Notes under the pieces: generated by a model
Databases searched by the model: none
The model's input: the letters and a program-made list of their open reading frames with translations, nothing else
Told to the model about the DNA's origin: nothing
Made by a program: the position numbers and the translations under genes
NCBI GenBank assembly: GCA_054600435.1
Contig: BAAIJX010000005.1
Location: 62,001-126,000 of the forward strand
Direction: 5' to 3'
DNA: 64,000 bases
Source of the DNA: Neophaeotheca triangularis
Taxonomy: Eukaryota
Shown here: positions 22,452 through 33,061 of the stretch, one piece after another
Layout: every line of letters starts with the position of its first letter
Position numbering within the stretch: the first letter of the stretch is position 1

Positions 22452-23257
22452 GGTGGCCTCGTCGGAGAGGGTGGTAGAAGTGAGTTGCTGGCGAGTGATG
22501 CGGGCGGAGATGCTGGTAGTTAGATGTTCGTGGTGGCGAGGTGATGTTGGAGTGTTGTGCTGAAGTTGTTCTTGTATGTAGCTGTAGCTGTCGTCGTTTG
22601 GATGCTGAGGCGGCCGACGTGACGAATAGAGCTGTAGCTCCTACTGATTGGTGCCTTAGATTTGCTCAGGCATAAACATTCTTGGCGCTAACTAACATCG
22701 CCGCTGGCCTCCTTTGCTTCGTTCTGCGCATTTCTCAACACACCGCAGTTTGCACACCATATCAAGCTACAGATAGTCTAACCATATAATTATGGTCCAC
22801 GCTCGGTGAGCAGCCTCGGCTTTAGTTTCATCGCACAATCTCTGCGCAACTTCACCTATCACTTCCGCTCTTCGCGGCCTTACACTCCCTCGCTCCATAA
22901 GGTACTACCTAGGTAGTAGGTAGGTAGACGTCTCTTCGCAATCCCCAAATGAACGAGTGATGAGAATGGCAATCGCAGTCTTGAAGGTGGCCTCCCCTGG
23001 TAGTGACGTTCGCCTTTCATTATTGGCTCTTGCTTCCCAACGCCGTCCATAGACAACTGTCCTTCCCTTCTTAAAAGAAGCACGGCACGTCGCAACAAGG
23101 TGATCCGCCTCGCCGACATCTGCATCTTTACTAGTAGGTATACTGACAGGCAGCGTCCCACGGGGCTTCTAAAAAAAAGACCTTGGCATAGCTACTAGTT
23201 CTCTGTTTACAAGCAGCTTTATACTAGCAGGGCTCCAAACGCATCCCAATTGCCTCA

Positions 23258-24520
23258 ATGGCTACGCTCACACCACCTGGGCTCGAAGAAGACGCCAGGA
23301 GGTTGTTCGTCTCGCCAGCTTCTACTCCATCGCCTACTGTGTCGCATAAACCTAATATAACGACCAAGCCATCACCAAACGAAGGAGTCATGGCCAGCCC
23401 CATCCCGGCCGCGAAGAAGCAACTACCAAACCTCCAGGAGAGTATGATACGCTGGGGCCGCAAGAATTAGGACGATGCGGTATGCAACGCAAACCCCAAG
23501 GACAATCGCAGAGACTCTGGTTTTGGTTTTCTGCCTCCTCCCCCTGCTGATCCCCATGCTCTGAACCTCGACAAGAAGTACAACCGCGATGAGCCAAAGA
23601 AGCGTGTCTCCGCCCTGCAGTCGAAGGGAGAAGGTAGAAATCCCTTCGATCACGATCCGCCGAGCGACGGCATTCCCGCAGACCTGTCAGACTTTGAACC
23701 TTCCAGCGAGCTTTCATCGCCAGAGCGTAGCCCAGTGGCTTCTTCCTCGCCTGTGAAATGTCGCTCTCGTACTCGCCGCAACGCTCGAGAGCAGCCTCTT
23801 ACCGAATGGGAAATACTTTCCGCCTCCGAGTTGGAGCCTCAGTTGCGCTCCGAGACCTTGCAGCTTTTTTACGCTGTACACGCTGCAAGAGGGTCTGGTC
23901 GCCCGAGCGCTGAGATAGAAGCACAATTGCTTAAGGCGAGCACCGTACTGAGAGACCATCTTCGCCTACCCACAGCCGATCGATTGAACGTTGCTGCTGT
24001 TCGCAAGGCGTGCGGCTTTCCAGCGACTAGCGACCCATCTGAACATGCTGCGTTTATTACTGAAGCAACCCCTAGATCTGTCGGCCTTTCCGACGAAGAT
24101 AGCGGCTTGACCCTCACCAGCATCGCGAGTACGAGGTCCGCCGAAGACGGCGACACAGCAGTGGATAAGGGAAGAAACGTTCCTCGCAGCGCTCGCACAT
24201 GGCGCGAACATCGTACCGCTCGAGACAGCAGATCTCAGCAACGAGCTTCGGGCAAGAAGCGTGAAAGACCGAGTCGGCGTAGAGCCCATGGCAACGGACA
24301 CGGCGACGACGGTTCAGATCCTGATTCCAGTTCTGGCACAGACTATGCGAAACCATCATCTCACCGTGGACCAAAGAGAGTGCAAACTGAGGTGGACCGT
24401 TTGAAGAGAGAGCTCGCGGGCACTGATCTGTTGCTGTTCTCGCGGAAGGGGCGTTTCAACCCTGATGTCAAGGCCATGGTGGAAGCTGAATTCGGCGCTT
24501 CTGGAGACGAGACGAAGTAG
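23258..24520 (+). pseudogene. Orphan ORF of 420 codons interrupted by one in-frame TAG (23468-23470); pseudogene, recoded gene or base error
   Basis: ORFs 23258-23470 and 23735-24520 share a frame, and 23471-23734 has no further stop. Confidence 0.55.
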
Positions 24521-25106
24521 TTGCTTGTCTGTGAGCTCGTCAAATTGCGGCAGAATTTTGAGCAGATGAGTTTGCTCTTTGGTATGTTCGCGGAGGATTG
24601 GAGAAGGGGTTCGGAGCGGGGTTAGAGGGGTACCCGGGGGCTGGGATTCGTCGTGGATATCGTGTTGCGTCTTGACTACAACACTGTTTTATTGGGGAAT
24701 TGATTGCGATTCATCGGTCTCGCCGTTACCAATTTGACCAACACTTTACCTACAAGTACCTTTGAGGCTTTGGCCTTGCACTCTCACTACCTTGGTACCT
24801 AGAGGTAGGTACCCAGGCTGATCTCATTGAAAGGACCTAACCTGTTTCGGTAAAATTAACAGTCACGTGGGTATCAACTTCCCCACGTTTCCCCAGCCTC
24901 CTTCTCCCGAGGCCGGCCAGCTTTGCGACCTCACTTCAGTTCAATGCGCCAACCCAAATCAATAAACGTCATGCCCAGTATCCATTAATGCTACCTAGGT
25001 ATCGCGAGCATCAAAAACTACCTAGGTACCCAATGCCGACCTAATCCACGTCACTCAACCTTCACCGGACTCTTCCAGCGCCATACCCTCCACAACATCA
25101 ACAATA

Positions 25107-26477
25107 ATGTACCGCCGCACCGACCCCCGCTTCCGACGAACCCTCAACGACATCTCCCACACCCTCGAATCCGCCAATGAATCCGCGCAGTCGAACCTCT
25201 ACATCTTCGGACAGCATTATGTAGCGCCCTGTTTTCACTCCATCGAGACCTGCTTCGCCTCCTGCCTCGAAGCCGGCTGCCCGACCCTCAATGTGCGAGC
25301 ACGCGATCGCTTGCGCCGGCGGGGAAGGGCTAGAAGCCGAGGGCGAGCGGAGCTGAGTTTTGATTTCTACGATGATTGGGAGGATCTGGACGAGCAGGAT
25401 GGGTTGTTGGGGTGGGGAGGTGGGGAGGATGGGGGTTTGGGTAGTTTGACTGCTGGGAATGGGTATGGGACTGTGGAGGCGCAGCAGCCCGGTAGGCAGC
25501 CGGGGATGAATTATCCCAAGGCTAGGAGGAAGAGTGTCGAGGAGGCTGGAGCGGGCGGGGGCTTGATGCCGAGTACGGGGCAAGGATTTTGGGGAAGGTT
25601 GTTTGGCGGTAAGGCTGTGAGGTATGCGCCTAGTGCGGCGGATCTGCAGGAGCATCCGGGGAGTAGGAGGTTGGGAAGGGAGAGGACTGAGGGGGAAGCA
25701 CTGTTGGAGGGCGATGAGAGGGAGGGGAGGCGAGGCCATAGGCGGGAGAGGAGCGACACCGTTGGTTCCGGGCAAACGTCTGATTCGTATAGCAGTAGGG
25801 GGGATTTGTTCCCGAGTGATGATGAAAACGATGCAATTCCGCTAGATGATGAATTTGCTATGGTGTTGGAACGGCGAACCACGAATAGCGGGCAGGCTTC
25901 GGCACCAGAGAGCGAGACGAGTTCGGGCAAGCGAACGAAGAAGGGTAAGAGGCCGAGTGCGGGGAGTAGAACCTCCACACGCCGGACTTTCAGTTCCAGG
26001 AGTGTGCGGAGTAGACGAGAAGCTCGGCGAGGCAGTACACCGGCCGCTGAGACTCCGTCCAATGAGCTCCCTGAGCCAGCAATGCACGAGCTTCCGGAAG
26101 ATGAGGATGTCGCACCAGTCTCGATGGCGGACTTGCAGCAACAAGAAAAGCGTGTCGAGGAAGAAGAGGAAGGAGCGGTGAGAATCAAGCGAGAGGCAGC
26201 CGAGCGTGTTGCAGCACGGCAAGGCCTCACTAAGGGCGCTTCCTCGAGCCATGTCGAAGAGGTCGAGGATGATGCTTCCGAAGATGGAAGAGACGCGACC
26301 ACACCAAACGTGACAGCTCAGGCTTTGGGGGAAGAGCCGAGCCAGCTACCTACGCCTTTGGCCACCGATGACGAAGAAGAGCAACTGCAGCGACAACATC
26401 GTGAACAGGATGCTGCCCCAGCAGGTAATGCGACAGTATCTGGCGGAGGGAATCAGGAAGGTCCGGGCAGCCCCTGA
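25107..26477 (+). CDS. Fungal hypothetical protein, largely disordered
   Basis: 456-aa ORF; RFRRTLNDISHTLESAN, RGRAELSFDFYDDWE and SSRGDLFPSDDE resemble unannotated Pezizomycotina proteins from memory. Confidence 0.8.
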   Translation: MYRRTDPRFRRTLNDISHTLESANESAQSNLYIFGQHYVAPCFHSIETCFASCLEAGCPTLNVRARDRLRRRGRARSRGRAELSFDFYDDWEDLDEQDGLLGWGGGEDGGLGSLTAGNGYGTVEAQQPGRQPGMNYPKARRKSVEEAGAGGGLMPSTGQGFWGRLFGGKAVRYAPSAADLQEHPGSRRLGRERTEGEALLEGDEREGRRGHRRERSDTVGSGQTSDSYSSRGDLFPSDDENDAIPLDDEFAMVLERRTTNSGQASAPESETSSGKRTKKGKRPSAGSRTSTRRTFSSRSVRSRREARRGSTPAAETPSNELPEPAMHELPEDEDVAPVSMADLQQQEKRVEEEEEGAVRIKREAAERVAARQGLTKGASSSHVEEVEDDASEDGRDATTPNVTAQALGEEPSQLPTPLATDDEEEQLQRQHREQDAAPAGNATVSGGGNQEGPGSP

Positions 26478-26936
26478 GGAGGGAACGCACCTTGCGAGCT
26501 ATTGTACGACGACACGAATCATTCTTTTCGGCTTTTGCGAAGCGTTCCAAGCGCACGGCTTGTACAAAACTTTATACCCAAATCATTATATCCATCGTAA
26601 CCGGACAGCGGCTCTGTATGCTTCCGCTGGGTGCCGTTTCCATGAATCCGTTGGTGGATGTGACCAAGCGCGCTGGGACAAACGTTCTACACAAAGCCAA
26701 ATTTACCTATAGGGGGAACGTTTGCCGAACCGCAGATATACAAGTTGTTACAGATGCCACAGGGGCCTCAGCTAAACAAGCGTGCGTATCCTGCGGTGCT
26801 CATAAGCCTGATATGCTGCTAGACTGCATGCGCCGCAGATAGCGCTCTTGCCTCGCTAGTGGGTATCGCTCATCAATCACCCCTGCCCTTTCTCACATCG
26901 CAACCGCAGAGCGGCCTGGTGCTCCAAAGCAAGCTC

Positions 26937-28145
26937 TCAGTATCCAGCCCCGCCCTCATACTGCAACACTTGCTCACGAAGGCGCGCAGCATCCGCAACG
27001 GCGTCGGCAAGCTGAACCGTGAAATCCGCCTTCTGATCATCCAGCCGATCCATGAGCCCCGAAACCATCTTGCCACGCAGCATCTTCTCCTTCTCCCGAC
27101 TACCCTTCAGTTCCGCCTTCGTCTTGCCCTCAATCGCAGCCAGCTTCGTCTTTGCATCTGTCTCCACCTCGACAATTTCCTCTTGAAGTTTCTTGTTCTT
27201 CCTCTCTAGAGTCCTGTTCGCCTCCTCGAGAGCTGCAATTTTCTCCTCCGACTCATCCTGAATAGCAGCCAGCTTCGTCTTCGCCTCTCTCTCCATCTCG
27301 GCGATGTCTTCCTGAAGCTTCTCGGTCTCCTCCTCGAGAGTCGTGTTTGCCTCCTTCAGAGCTGCGATGTTCTCCTTTGCCTCGTACTCCACGACAGACT
27401 TCTCCGCCTTGAGAATGTCCAGCTCGTGATACTTCTCCTCCCGCCAGGCAGTGTTGGCATCCTTAAGCACGGCAACATCTTCCTTGAGCGCGGCGATGTT
27501 CTCCTTCGCTTTAGTTTTCACTGCGACTTTCTCGCTGAGCAGCCTGTTGGCGTTGAGCAGCTTGTCAATCTCGCTACCAAGGTCGTACATCCCGCAATCC
27601 TGCCCCATCTTTGTCGATGCTGCAGAAACAAGACGGTTCCGAACTCCCGTGAGTTCTGCTTTGACGCTGGAGAGCTCCATTCTGACTGTGGTGAGTTCAT
27701 CGAGAGTCGAAACATTTCCCTCGGTCGCTTCAGGAGCAGCAAGATCCTTCTCCAAAGCATAGATTCTGCCCTCCAAGACAGCGTTGGTGTCGCGTAGTTT
27801 TGCGTTTTCTTCATTGCGTTTTCCAGGCGCATGCTTCAACCTGTAGCTGTCTGCTTCAAGCTTCGCGCAGTTTTGCTTGAGCAGATCGTTGTTTTCTTGG
27901 AGTTGGCGTCTTCCGGCACCGTGGGTGGCTTCTTCGTCCAGCGGCTCGTTGGCACCTTGCCGGACGTCGAAAGAGTCGTAGGTGGCGTCAAGGGTAGGCT
28001 GAACATCGGTAGAGGGATGGAGAGAGGCCGCAGGGGTGGTATCGTTCTCCTCGGAAGCGGCAATGTTCGCCTTTCTGGCACGCCTGCGGTCAGATTTGGT
28101 CGGACGTTTGCGCTTGTGGCCCTCCTGCTTCCCAATCTCCTCCAT
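26937..28145 (-). CDS. Orphan coiled-coil protein with three 43-aa repeats
   Basis: 402-aa E/K/L/A-rich heptad ORF with a basic NLS-like N-terminus (KRKRPTKSDRRRARK). Confidence 0.75.
   Translation of the reverse strand: MEEIGKQEGHKRKRPTKSDRRRARKANIAASEENDTTPAASLHPSTDVQPTLDATYDSFDVRQGANEPLDEEATHGAGRRQLQENNDLLKQNCAKLEADSYRLKHAPGKRNEENAKLRDTNAVLEGRIYALEKDLAAPEATEGNVSTLDELTTVRMELSSVKAELTGVRNRLVSAASTKMGQDCGMYDLGSEIDKLLNANRLLSEKVAVKTKAKENIAALKEDVAVLKDANTAWREEKYHELDILKAEKSVVEYEAKENIAALKEANTTLEEETEKLQEDIAEMEREAKTKLAAIQDESEEKIAALEEANRTLERKNKKLQEEIVEVETDAKTKLAAIEGKTKAELKGSREKEKMLRGKMVSGLMDRLDDQKADFTVQLADAVADAARLREQVLQYEGGAGY
27117..27503 (-). repeat. Three 129-nt intragenic tandem repeat units
   Basis: E(N/K)IAAL(K/E)E codons start at 27503, 27374 and 27245 (period 129); units 2 and 3 share KLQE.I.E.E..AKTKLAAI. 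Confidence 0.85.
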
Positions 28146-29880
28146 GCTGGACGCTATTAGGGCGTGGAAGGTTTAGGGGGCGAAGTTCCCACAAAACTTA
28201 TCAGCCGCCAGAGTCGAGGATTGAAAATACTTTCAGCAAGGAGACGTCTAAAGACAGAAAGTCCGTTAGAAAAGGGTGAGGTTCAGTGCTAATTGCCAAG
28301 TAATGAGAGAGATTGCCAGTGAATGAAGGCTTCGGTCTACGACAGCTATCCGAACGGCCTGAGGCCTACAAAAGGGGGACGTGCCATCATAACAGCCTCC
28401 GAAAAAATAAAATAAAATAAAATAAATCCATAGAACACCGACAAAAAGGGCAAAAACTCAACAATCAACCGGGCGGAAGGGACTGGAGAAAACATTTGCC
28501 TGCAAGCAGAACCATATAGGCTGTTTTTATTATTTTCGCGATACACGCCTCATCCGAACTGTCGTCGGGTCGTACGGCCTTTTCCAACTTCCTCCTCTTT
28601 CGGGACATGCTTGGACCTCGGAACACCGTACAGTACAAGTATACTACGCGAGAGGATTAACTGCTGCGCGGCCCAGACCGTGAGTCACGTGCTTGCTTTG
28701 AGTTATATATACTCTTATTTCGGCATCGCTTCACTTACCAGTGAGGTGGTGCAGCATCACTCATGCACGAACTTTACGCCTGAGGCCTACTTCTACCTGC
28801 TCAATCTGCCTTTGATTTGGAATGGATTTCGCTATAAACTGCAAAAAAATGCAAAACACTACCCCTGGCAGGAACATAGCGGACTCTCAATGTTGTAGAG
28901 AATGAGTTTGCCAAGAAATGGTCGAAGTTTCCAGTGAATGCTCAGCTATTCAGGGGCAACCAGCCCATCTTCGAGCCGTTGGACAAGGATGGCATAGACA
29001 TTATCACTAGGGCCTAACATGTAATGTGTGAATATAACGTATCGCTGGGGTCTGCTTACCGCCGAAAGAGATAATGGAAACAATTCACCGTTTCGGGTTC
29101 GTGGGGCCTTCTTTGAGTCCCCGGATAGTTATCGACTCACTCGAGGTTGAAAGACTACCTATTGCGGCTTCAGTCCACCAAACATAAGCGGACTAGAAGC
29201 TGTTCAACTAGGGCAATACAGAGTAGAAGCAAAGAGTTTGACATCTGTATTGGTTGCAATTCTTACCAGCCCATGGTTGTTACTGACGATGGAAGGAAGG
29301 ACCCGCAAGGATCTACGAAATCTTCAATGATGCACACTTGAGACACCCGCACCTTGAACAATGCTCGTAGTAGCATTGATGATGATTGTCGCCGCAAGAG
29401 TCCAGAAGTCGTAATTTGACGCTGCGTAACTTTCCCCCTGAGCAACTTTCCCTCCGTGGCAGTTAAACTCTCCGAGCATTGGGTGTGTATCAATATCTAC
29501 GGAATGTGGCGTAATGAATGCTAATGAGCTGATATATTTATTTCAAGATTCCTAGGAACGCCACGGCATCTTGTCAAGATCTTCCGTCGAGAAAGAGTTA
29601 AGCCCCGTCTGGGCGAACTACTAGAGACTGGGGACAGAGCATGGAAGAAATTGATCACCGAGAAACACGCTAATTTGACCAAAGTTGTACATGAGGCATG
29701 TACGCAGGCCGGGCTTTGGCTATTCTAGCCACAAACGAAGAATCGCATGAATCGCCACAACAACTTTCGCAGCTTCGCTCCGGCAACTTTGCCGCCCACT
29801 CCTTCAATTCACTCCGATAATGAACAGGTGGCTTCCCAAGCAATACAGTGCGAGGAAGCATAGCGTTCTCTCAGCGATCC

Positions 29881-30294
29881 TCAGTCTCCGCGCTTGCTCT
29901 CCTGCTCGAGAACCTGGTCGCGGAGACGCATCGCATCCGTCCTGGCCTCCTCCAACTGGACCCTGAGCCCAGCGATGACTTCAACGTGCTCCCCGTCCTT
30001 CGCCTCCAAACCGACAATCTCCGCCTCCTGACCAGCCGTCTCCGCCCCGAGCTTCTCAAGCTGGTCTTTGAGAGCGCGGTTGTCCCAAACGAGCGAGTCT
30101 TCCTTGAAGGCTGCCTTATATGCGTCGAGCTCTTCGGTGAGCGCTTTGTTCGTGATGCGGAGAGCTTCGTTGTCGTGGTTGCGGCTGCGGACAACTTCTT
30201 CCAAACGCACAATCTGCTGTGCACGGTCCGCGTGCTGGCGTTCGAGCTTCTGGACGCGGGTCTCGTGTGGTGGGCGGCGAGCGGGTCGAGCCAT
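29881..30294 (-). CDS. Short orphan coiled-coil protein, probable paralog of 26937-28145
   Basis: 137-aa heptad ORF; VQLEEARTDAMRLRDQVLEQE aligns to VQLADAVADAARLREQVLQYE. Confidence 0.7.
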   Translation of the reverse strand: MARPARRPPHETRVQKLERQHADRAQQIVRLEEVVRSRNHDNEALRITNKALTEELDAYKAAFKEDSLVWDNRALKDQLEKLGAETAGQEAEIVGLEAKDGEHVEVIAGLRVQLEEARTDAMRLRDQVLEQESKRGD

Positions 30295-30800
30295 GGATGC
30301 GGTGGCGTGGTCGACCTGAGAGGTCTTGTTGGTCCCCCTTAGCGCCTCCTCTTATGGGCTGCCTTCTCCGCGCCGGGAGAAGGTTTACTTGCGAGGGGTG
30401 GCCTCCCTGTTTGGTTACCACTTCGCCGCCCGCCATTTCCGCATCTAGTCACGTGTCTGCAAACATAATATTTATAGTCTTGAAAAGATATTCAGCTTGC
30501 GGGTAAGCTGGCTTGATTCCACCTCACGGGCAGGTAATTAATGACGTCGACTGACGTTTTCCGCACGGTTCTTGCATCGAATCCAGGTATCGACCTCGTC
30601 CCTTTTGTGTTTCCAGATATTGCGATACCGTTCCAGGTGGCTTCATGGTCAACTATTACACTTTGTACATCCTTCACTAATTGTACAAAAGCTGGGTATC
30701 TATCCTCTACATCGGTCCTTTTGACACGATCATTGCAACACCAGCGGGCATACGCTCTATTTCATGACCTACATCCACCTCACCTCACCTCACAGACCTC

Positions 30801-31772
30801 TCAAGGCAGCTTCTCCGCCTCCTCCAACAACTCCTCAACCTTGAAATCTGCATCCCCACCACTAAACTGCTCCATTAGCTTCTTCCTCTTCTCCTTACTC
30901 TCCCTCGCGGGCTCGCTCAGCGCCTCGAACCCATAGAACTTCTGCAAACACATCAACAACCACTTGCCCTCCTCCACACTCACGCCGCGCCCGTCCACGA
31001 CCTGCCCCTGTAACAACACTAAGCCATTCTTCTCAACCAGGTCCAAGTGGTACGTAACTGTCGTATGCGGCTGCGCAAACTCGCCCCTCAGCTTGTACTC
31101 CGCCAAATGCGTGAACAGCACCGTCGCAGTTGTAGCAGAGGGGAACGTCCACTGCAGGAAATGAATCTCCGCGCCCTGACCCTCGCGAGGAACCGGTAAG
31201 ATGAATTGAGGGTGCTTGCGCGCCGTGTCGGCAATGCGCTGGAAAGTGTCGGCTTGCATGACGGCGCAGAGGGAGTTGGGGTCGCGGGCATGGCGCAAGC
31301 GCCAGATTGTTTCGGTTTCCTTTTGCGGGAGCTCGGCGACCTTTTCCACGTCGATGTAGCTGTCGAGTTCTTTGATGCCGGCTTTGTCGGATGAAGCGAC
31401 AGCGGCGTGACCTTGGGGCTGCGGTGGGGGCGGGGGTTGGAAGGGGACGCTATCGCCCGCTTTTTCGGGGGTGGGAGCTTGTTGTTCGGAAAACGGGGCG
31501 TTGGCGCCCGGGACGGTGGCTTTTTGCTTCAAATCTTTGATCTTGTCTTGGTAGACTTGTTTCAACTCGTCGACGTCTTTTGCGCCGACCTCTTTGGCTT
31601 TTTGGTCGAGTTTAGCCCTATATTTCTCGAGCACACGGTCGGGTCGCTGGTGGGCGGCGTAGAAGCGGACATCGTGGACTTGAGCCCAGCGGCGTTGGTA
31701 GTGACGAAAGGGGGCACGAAGACCACAGAATGTATGCCGCAATATGGGCGCGGTTGTGGTGATGCTCGCCAT
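30801..31772 (-). CDS. ATP11: Mitochondrial F1-ATPase assembly factor
   Basis: 323-aa ORF with a presequence, KYRAKL, HPQFILPVPR, EIHFLQW, LFTHLAEYKLRGEFAQPH and LQKFYG. Confidence 0.95.
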   Translation of the reverse strand: MASITTTAPILRHTFCGLRAPFRHYQRRWAQVHDVRFYAAHQRPDRVLEKYRAKLDQKAKEVGAKDVDELKQVYQDKIKDLKQKATVPGANAPFSEQQAPTPEKAGDSVPFQPPPPPQPQGHAAVASSDKAGIKELDSYIDVEKVAELPQKETETIWRLRHARDPNSLCAVMQADTFQRIADTARKHPQFILPVPREGQGAEIHFLQWTFPSATTATVLFTHLAEYKLRGEFAQPHTTVTYHLDLVEKNGLVLLQGQVVDGRGVSVEEGKWLLMCLQKFYGFEALSEPARESKEKRKKLMEQFSGGDADFKVEELLEEAEKLP

Positions 31773-32734
31773 GGTAGATGAGAGAAGAATTTATTGCCTG
31801 TGGCCGTGAAGTCGAGATGATGTCTGAAGTCGTCTGCAGAGCCGCATGGTCCACCAGGCGCACGTGCCGAGGCAAGGCAAGACAACCTGCGCCCGTCTTT
31901 CCCGTCGTAGGTACATAGTACTTGGACCTTTCAACAGTCGGTACCTTACCTACCTTACCCACCTCTTGCAAATCGACAGGAAACGCACTAGACCTCATCA
32001 CACCATGAGCTCAATTGTGGACGACATCAGCGTGTATCACGAGCATTGATCTCAAGAGCTACCGCCATGAAATCAGTCTCGCGATCGGGAGACCGGTAAA
32101 TGCTGCCCACCGGCCTACATTGGAAGTCAAATCCATATTGCACTGTGAGAAAGGGTCTCACGATGGCTTTTAAAAGAAAAAGATGCAAGTGTACAGTTCT
32201 AACAACTCTCAAACGTCGATTCCCATATGCTACCCGTAACCCATTTAAAAATCGCAATACCCACGTGCATCAATCGCATACTCCCCGGGCATCATAAGAT
32301 CCTTCTGCCTCTTCACCCCAAAAGCCGTCCCACGGGAGCCCAGAGTGCGTCCAATAAGACACATTGCCACGAATTGTGCAAGCCTGAAGTCACAAAAGCA
32401 GAAAACTCCTGCGTCCCCTAACTTCGTTGACCCAGAAAATGCGATCGCTGACCCGAATCCCTCCATGCTCCATGACATGCAAACGAAAGTGGTATCGCTC
32501 GTTCGATTGCTCGTGCGTTGTCCCTTCTATCGCAATGGAAAATGCAAGTCGCGGATGCCCCGTCCTATATGCCCGTCCTGTATTCCCAGAAAGCAAGGAA
32601 AAGGTTCTCTTTATTCTTTTGGTCGTTTTCGTTTGGAAAATGCTCGCTGGCCGATCTGTCGTAACGTCGCTTTCGCCGTCTTCCCTTACGCCGTCGTCTC
32701 CGCAAGAAGACCCAATGTCTCCGAATAGACAGCT

Positions 32735-33061
32735 CTAGTTCCCCGGGTCCCTAGGTTGGGGAGGCTCTACCATCCGTCCCCTGACCTTGCCAGTCCCTGG
32801 GTCCCTCGGCTGCGGCTTGCCACCTAACGTCACCATGTCGTGGTCAAGCTCTGGTGAAGCCTCGAGGAACGATCGGGATTGGAAGCTCAAGTTCATAGCG
32901 AGAGAGCTGTTCGCGCGTGAACAGCGGTGCATACCGGTGTCGCGTGGTGGAGGACCGCCTGGACGTGGTCGCTGCGGAGGCCGCCTGCCTGTGCCTGGGT
33001 CTCGTGGTTGAGGGGCCATGGCGAAGGCCTGGTCGAAGGTGGTGTAGGTTGTAACGGTCAT
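32735..33061 (-). CDS. Small Pro-rich protein with three PQPRDPG repeats
   Basis: 108-aa ORF with an alternative ATG at 33019 (GCCATGG). The peptide is identical across copies while codons differ. C/A-rich leader; possible in-frame intron 32934-32851. Confidence 0.65.
   Translation of the reverse strand: MTVTTYTTFDQAFAMAPQPRDPGTGRRPPQRPRPGGPPPRDTGMHRCSRANSSLAMNLSFQSRSFLEASPELDHDMVTLGGKPQPRDPGTGKVRGRMVEPPQPRDPGN

Noticed and set aside
23442..23470. Tiny intron GTATGA...TAG that might remove the premature stop
   Set aside because: Only 29 nt, no clear branch site, and splicing would shift the frame.
28402..28426. (AAAAT)n tract; also poly-C 44416-44430 and (CT)n 2446-2460
   Set aside because: Ordinary simple repeats with no flanking retroelement hallmarks.
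32477..32590. Cys cluster CPFYRNGKC...CPSC resembling a CCCH zinc finger
   Set aside because: Spacing does not fit, the terminal His is absent and there is no supported gene model.
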